A stretch of 64,000 bases of DNA from an uncultured bacterium (GTDB lineage Bacteria; Chloroflexota; UBA5177; JANWHV01), in NCBI GenBank assembly GCA_963729625.1, contig CAVSOU010000011.1, positions 128,001 to 192,000 of the forward strand. The letters are read 5' to 3'. A program made the translations under genes and the position numbers. Below the pieces are notes generated by a model that ran no database searches, had not been told where the DNA came from, and saw only the letters and a program-made list of their open reading frames with translations. How positions within the stretch are numbered: position 1 is the first letter of the stretch; each line of letters opens with the position of its first letter. Shown here in pieces: positions 62,448 to 64,000 of this stretch.

Positions 62448-64000
62448 GTGCGCAGGAGTGCACTGCTCTGCGAGACGTTGAGGCAAGCCCCCGCCGACGC
62501 GGAGTTTGCCGGTCATCGGTACCTGCTGCGTGGTGGGTTTGTCCACCCGCTGGCTGCAGGAATATATTCTCTGCTTCCGCTTGGCCTGCGCGTGAAGCGC
62601 AAGATCGAGCGGGTCCTGCGAGAGGAAATGCAGGCAATCGGCGGGCAGGAGATCGTGTTGCCTGTCGTGCAGCCGGCAGATCTCTGGCAGCAAAGCGGTC
62701 GCTGGAGCTCCCTGGGCCCAGAGCTAGCGCGCCTGAAGGACAGAAACGGCCGTGACCTGGCGCTGGCCATGACGCACGTGGAGGCCGTCACCGACGTTCT
62801 GCGCAGGCATGTTCATTCGTATCGGCGGTTGCCTTTACTCGTGTTCCAGATGCAGACGTCGTTTCGCGACGAGCCACGATCGCGTGGCGGCCTGATCGGC
62901 TTGCGCGAAGTCACGATGCAGGATGCCTACAGCGTCGATTTGTCGACCGGCGGCCTCGATTCGTCGTACCAGCGCGTCTACGACGCGTATCTCCGCATAT
63001 TCGCGCGGCTGGGCCTCTCCGTGCTGGCGGTGCGCGCGGACTCGTCGGCGATCGGCGGCTCCGCGGCGCATGAGTTCATGTTCGTCTCCGATGCCGGGGA
63101 AGATACCGTCGTGGTCTGTGACCAGTGTGGCGCGGCCGCCGATCAACGGGTTGCCGTCTTCCGAAAGGACGCGCCGCCTGCGGAGGATCTGCAGCCGCTC
63201 GAACCGGTCGAGACATTGGCGACGCCGACAATCGCCGCGCTCGCCGCTTTTCTCAAGGTGCCCGCGTCGCGCACTGCCAAGGCCACGTTCTTCACGGCCG
63301 ACGGCCGCCTCGTGTTTGCCGTCGTGCGCGGCGACATGGAGGTCAATGAGACAAAGCTGGCCGCGGTCATCGGCGCCGGCGACCTTCGCTTTGCTGCTCC
63401 GGAGGATCTCGCCGGCGCGCGCATCGTGCCGGGCTACGCCTCGCCCATCGGCATCCACGGCGCGATCGTGGTCGTCGACGATCTGGTGGCTCGCTCACCC
63501 AATCTGGTGGCCGGCGCCAATCGCCACGGCTTTCACCTTCGCAATACCAACGTGCCTCGCGACTATCAGCCGGATTTCATTGCCGACATCGTGAAGGTCC
63601 AGGAGGGCGCGCCGTGCGCCGCCTGCGGCGCATCTGTTCGCCTCACGCGGGCGGTGCAGGTCGGTAGCGCTGTCAAGCTTGGCACCCGCTATTCGCGAGC
63701 GTTCGGCGCCACCTGCCTGGGTGAAGACGGGCAGCTGGCGGAGATTGTCATGGGCTCCTACTGTATCAGTGTCGAGCGCCTGATCGCCTGTTTGGCTGAG
63801 GCGCATCACGACGCACAGGGACTGGTGTGGCCGGCTATCGTCGCCCCGTACGACGTGTATCTCGCAGGCCTGGATCTCGAGAACGAGGCGGTGAGGTCGG
63901 CTGCCGACACGCTCTACGGCGAGCTTCGAGCCGCGGGAGTGGACGTGCTCTATGATGACCGCGACGAGCGGGCAGGAGTGAAGTTCAAGGACGCAGATCT
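62448..64000 (+). CDS. proS: Prolyl-tRNA synthetase paralog (bacterial type with INS editing domain), active-site motifs degenerate; 3' end off window
   Basis: Own translation from GTG 62448 (TAAGGAG RBS), open to window end: AGIYSLLPLG, QPADLWQQSGRW, FRDEPR, HEF, GANR, DDRDERAGVKFKDAD. Confidence 0.9.
   Translation, partial: MRRSALLCETLRQAPADAEFAGHRYLLRGGFVHPLAAGIYSLLPLGLRVKRKIERVLREEMQAIGGQEIVLPVVQPADLWQQSGRWSSLGPELARLKDRNGRDLALAMTHVEAVTDVLRRHVHSYRRLPLLVFQMQTSFRDEPRSRGGLIGLREVTMQDAYSVDLSTGGLDSSYQRVYDAYLRIFARLGLSVLAVRADSSAIGGSAAHEFMFVSDAGEDTVVVCDQCGAAADQRVAVFRKDAPPAEDLQPLEPVETLATPTIAALAAFLKVPASRTAKATFFTADGRLVFAVVRGDMEVNETKLAAVIGAGDLRFAAPEDLAGARIVPGYASPIGIHGAIVVVDDLVARSPNLVAGANRHGFHLRNTNVPRDYQPDFIADIVKVQEGAPCAACGASVRLTRAVQVGSAVKLGTRYSRAFGATCLGEDGQLAEIVMGSYCISVERLIACLAEAHHDAQGLVWPAIVAPYDVYLAGLDLENEAVRSAADTLYGELRAAGVDVLYDDRDERAGVKFKDAD

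Overview
A GC-rich bacterial window, probably Chloroflexota. This is an inference from protein styles and a GAAC-N4-GTTC-type SOS box. In order, it contains: (1) a sugar ABC uptake/catabolism operon on the minus strand, with a clear sigma70 promoter, a LacI operator and an internally deleted lacI; (2) a decayed stretch at about 8.4-12 kb; (3) a blue-copper lipoprotein next to a membrane Ser/Thr kinase whose C-terminal domain is a re-liganded copy of that cupredoxin; (4) the glycine cleavage operon gcvT-H-PA-PB behind a singlet glycine riboswitch; (5) gltBD; (6) an approximately 19-kb decaying defence island (about 29.3-48.5 kb) with a DUF2357 remnant, a HEPN-motif protein, an HTH-Z1 pseudogene with an operator array, type III R-M with an amber-interrupted mod, brnT'/brnA, a collapsed BREX (brxE::pglX fusion, pglZ fragment), two nucleotidyltransferase TA-like pairs and several tandem repeats; (7) core or accessory genes (nucleoside hydrolase, ctaG, a large surface protein, ABC ATPases, azlCD with a duplicated 35-nt leader motif, an SDR, a LexA-boxed radical SAM gene, a PAS histidine kinase); and (8) an uninterrupted prolyl-tRNA synthetase paralog, running off the window end, whose aminoacylation motifs are systematically altered while its editing and anticodon-binding motifs are retained. 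No rRNA, tRNA, integrase or cas genes were recognised. Family assignments come from motif recognition by eye, not from database searches.
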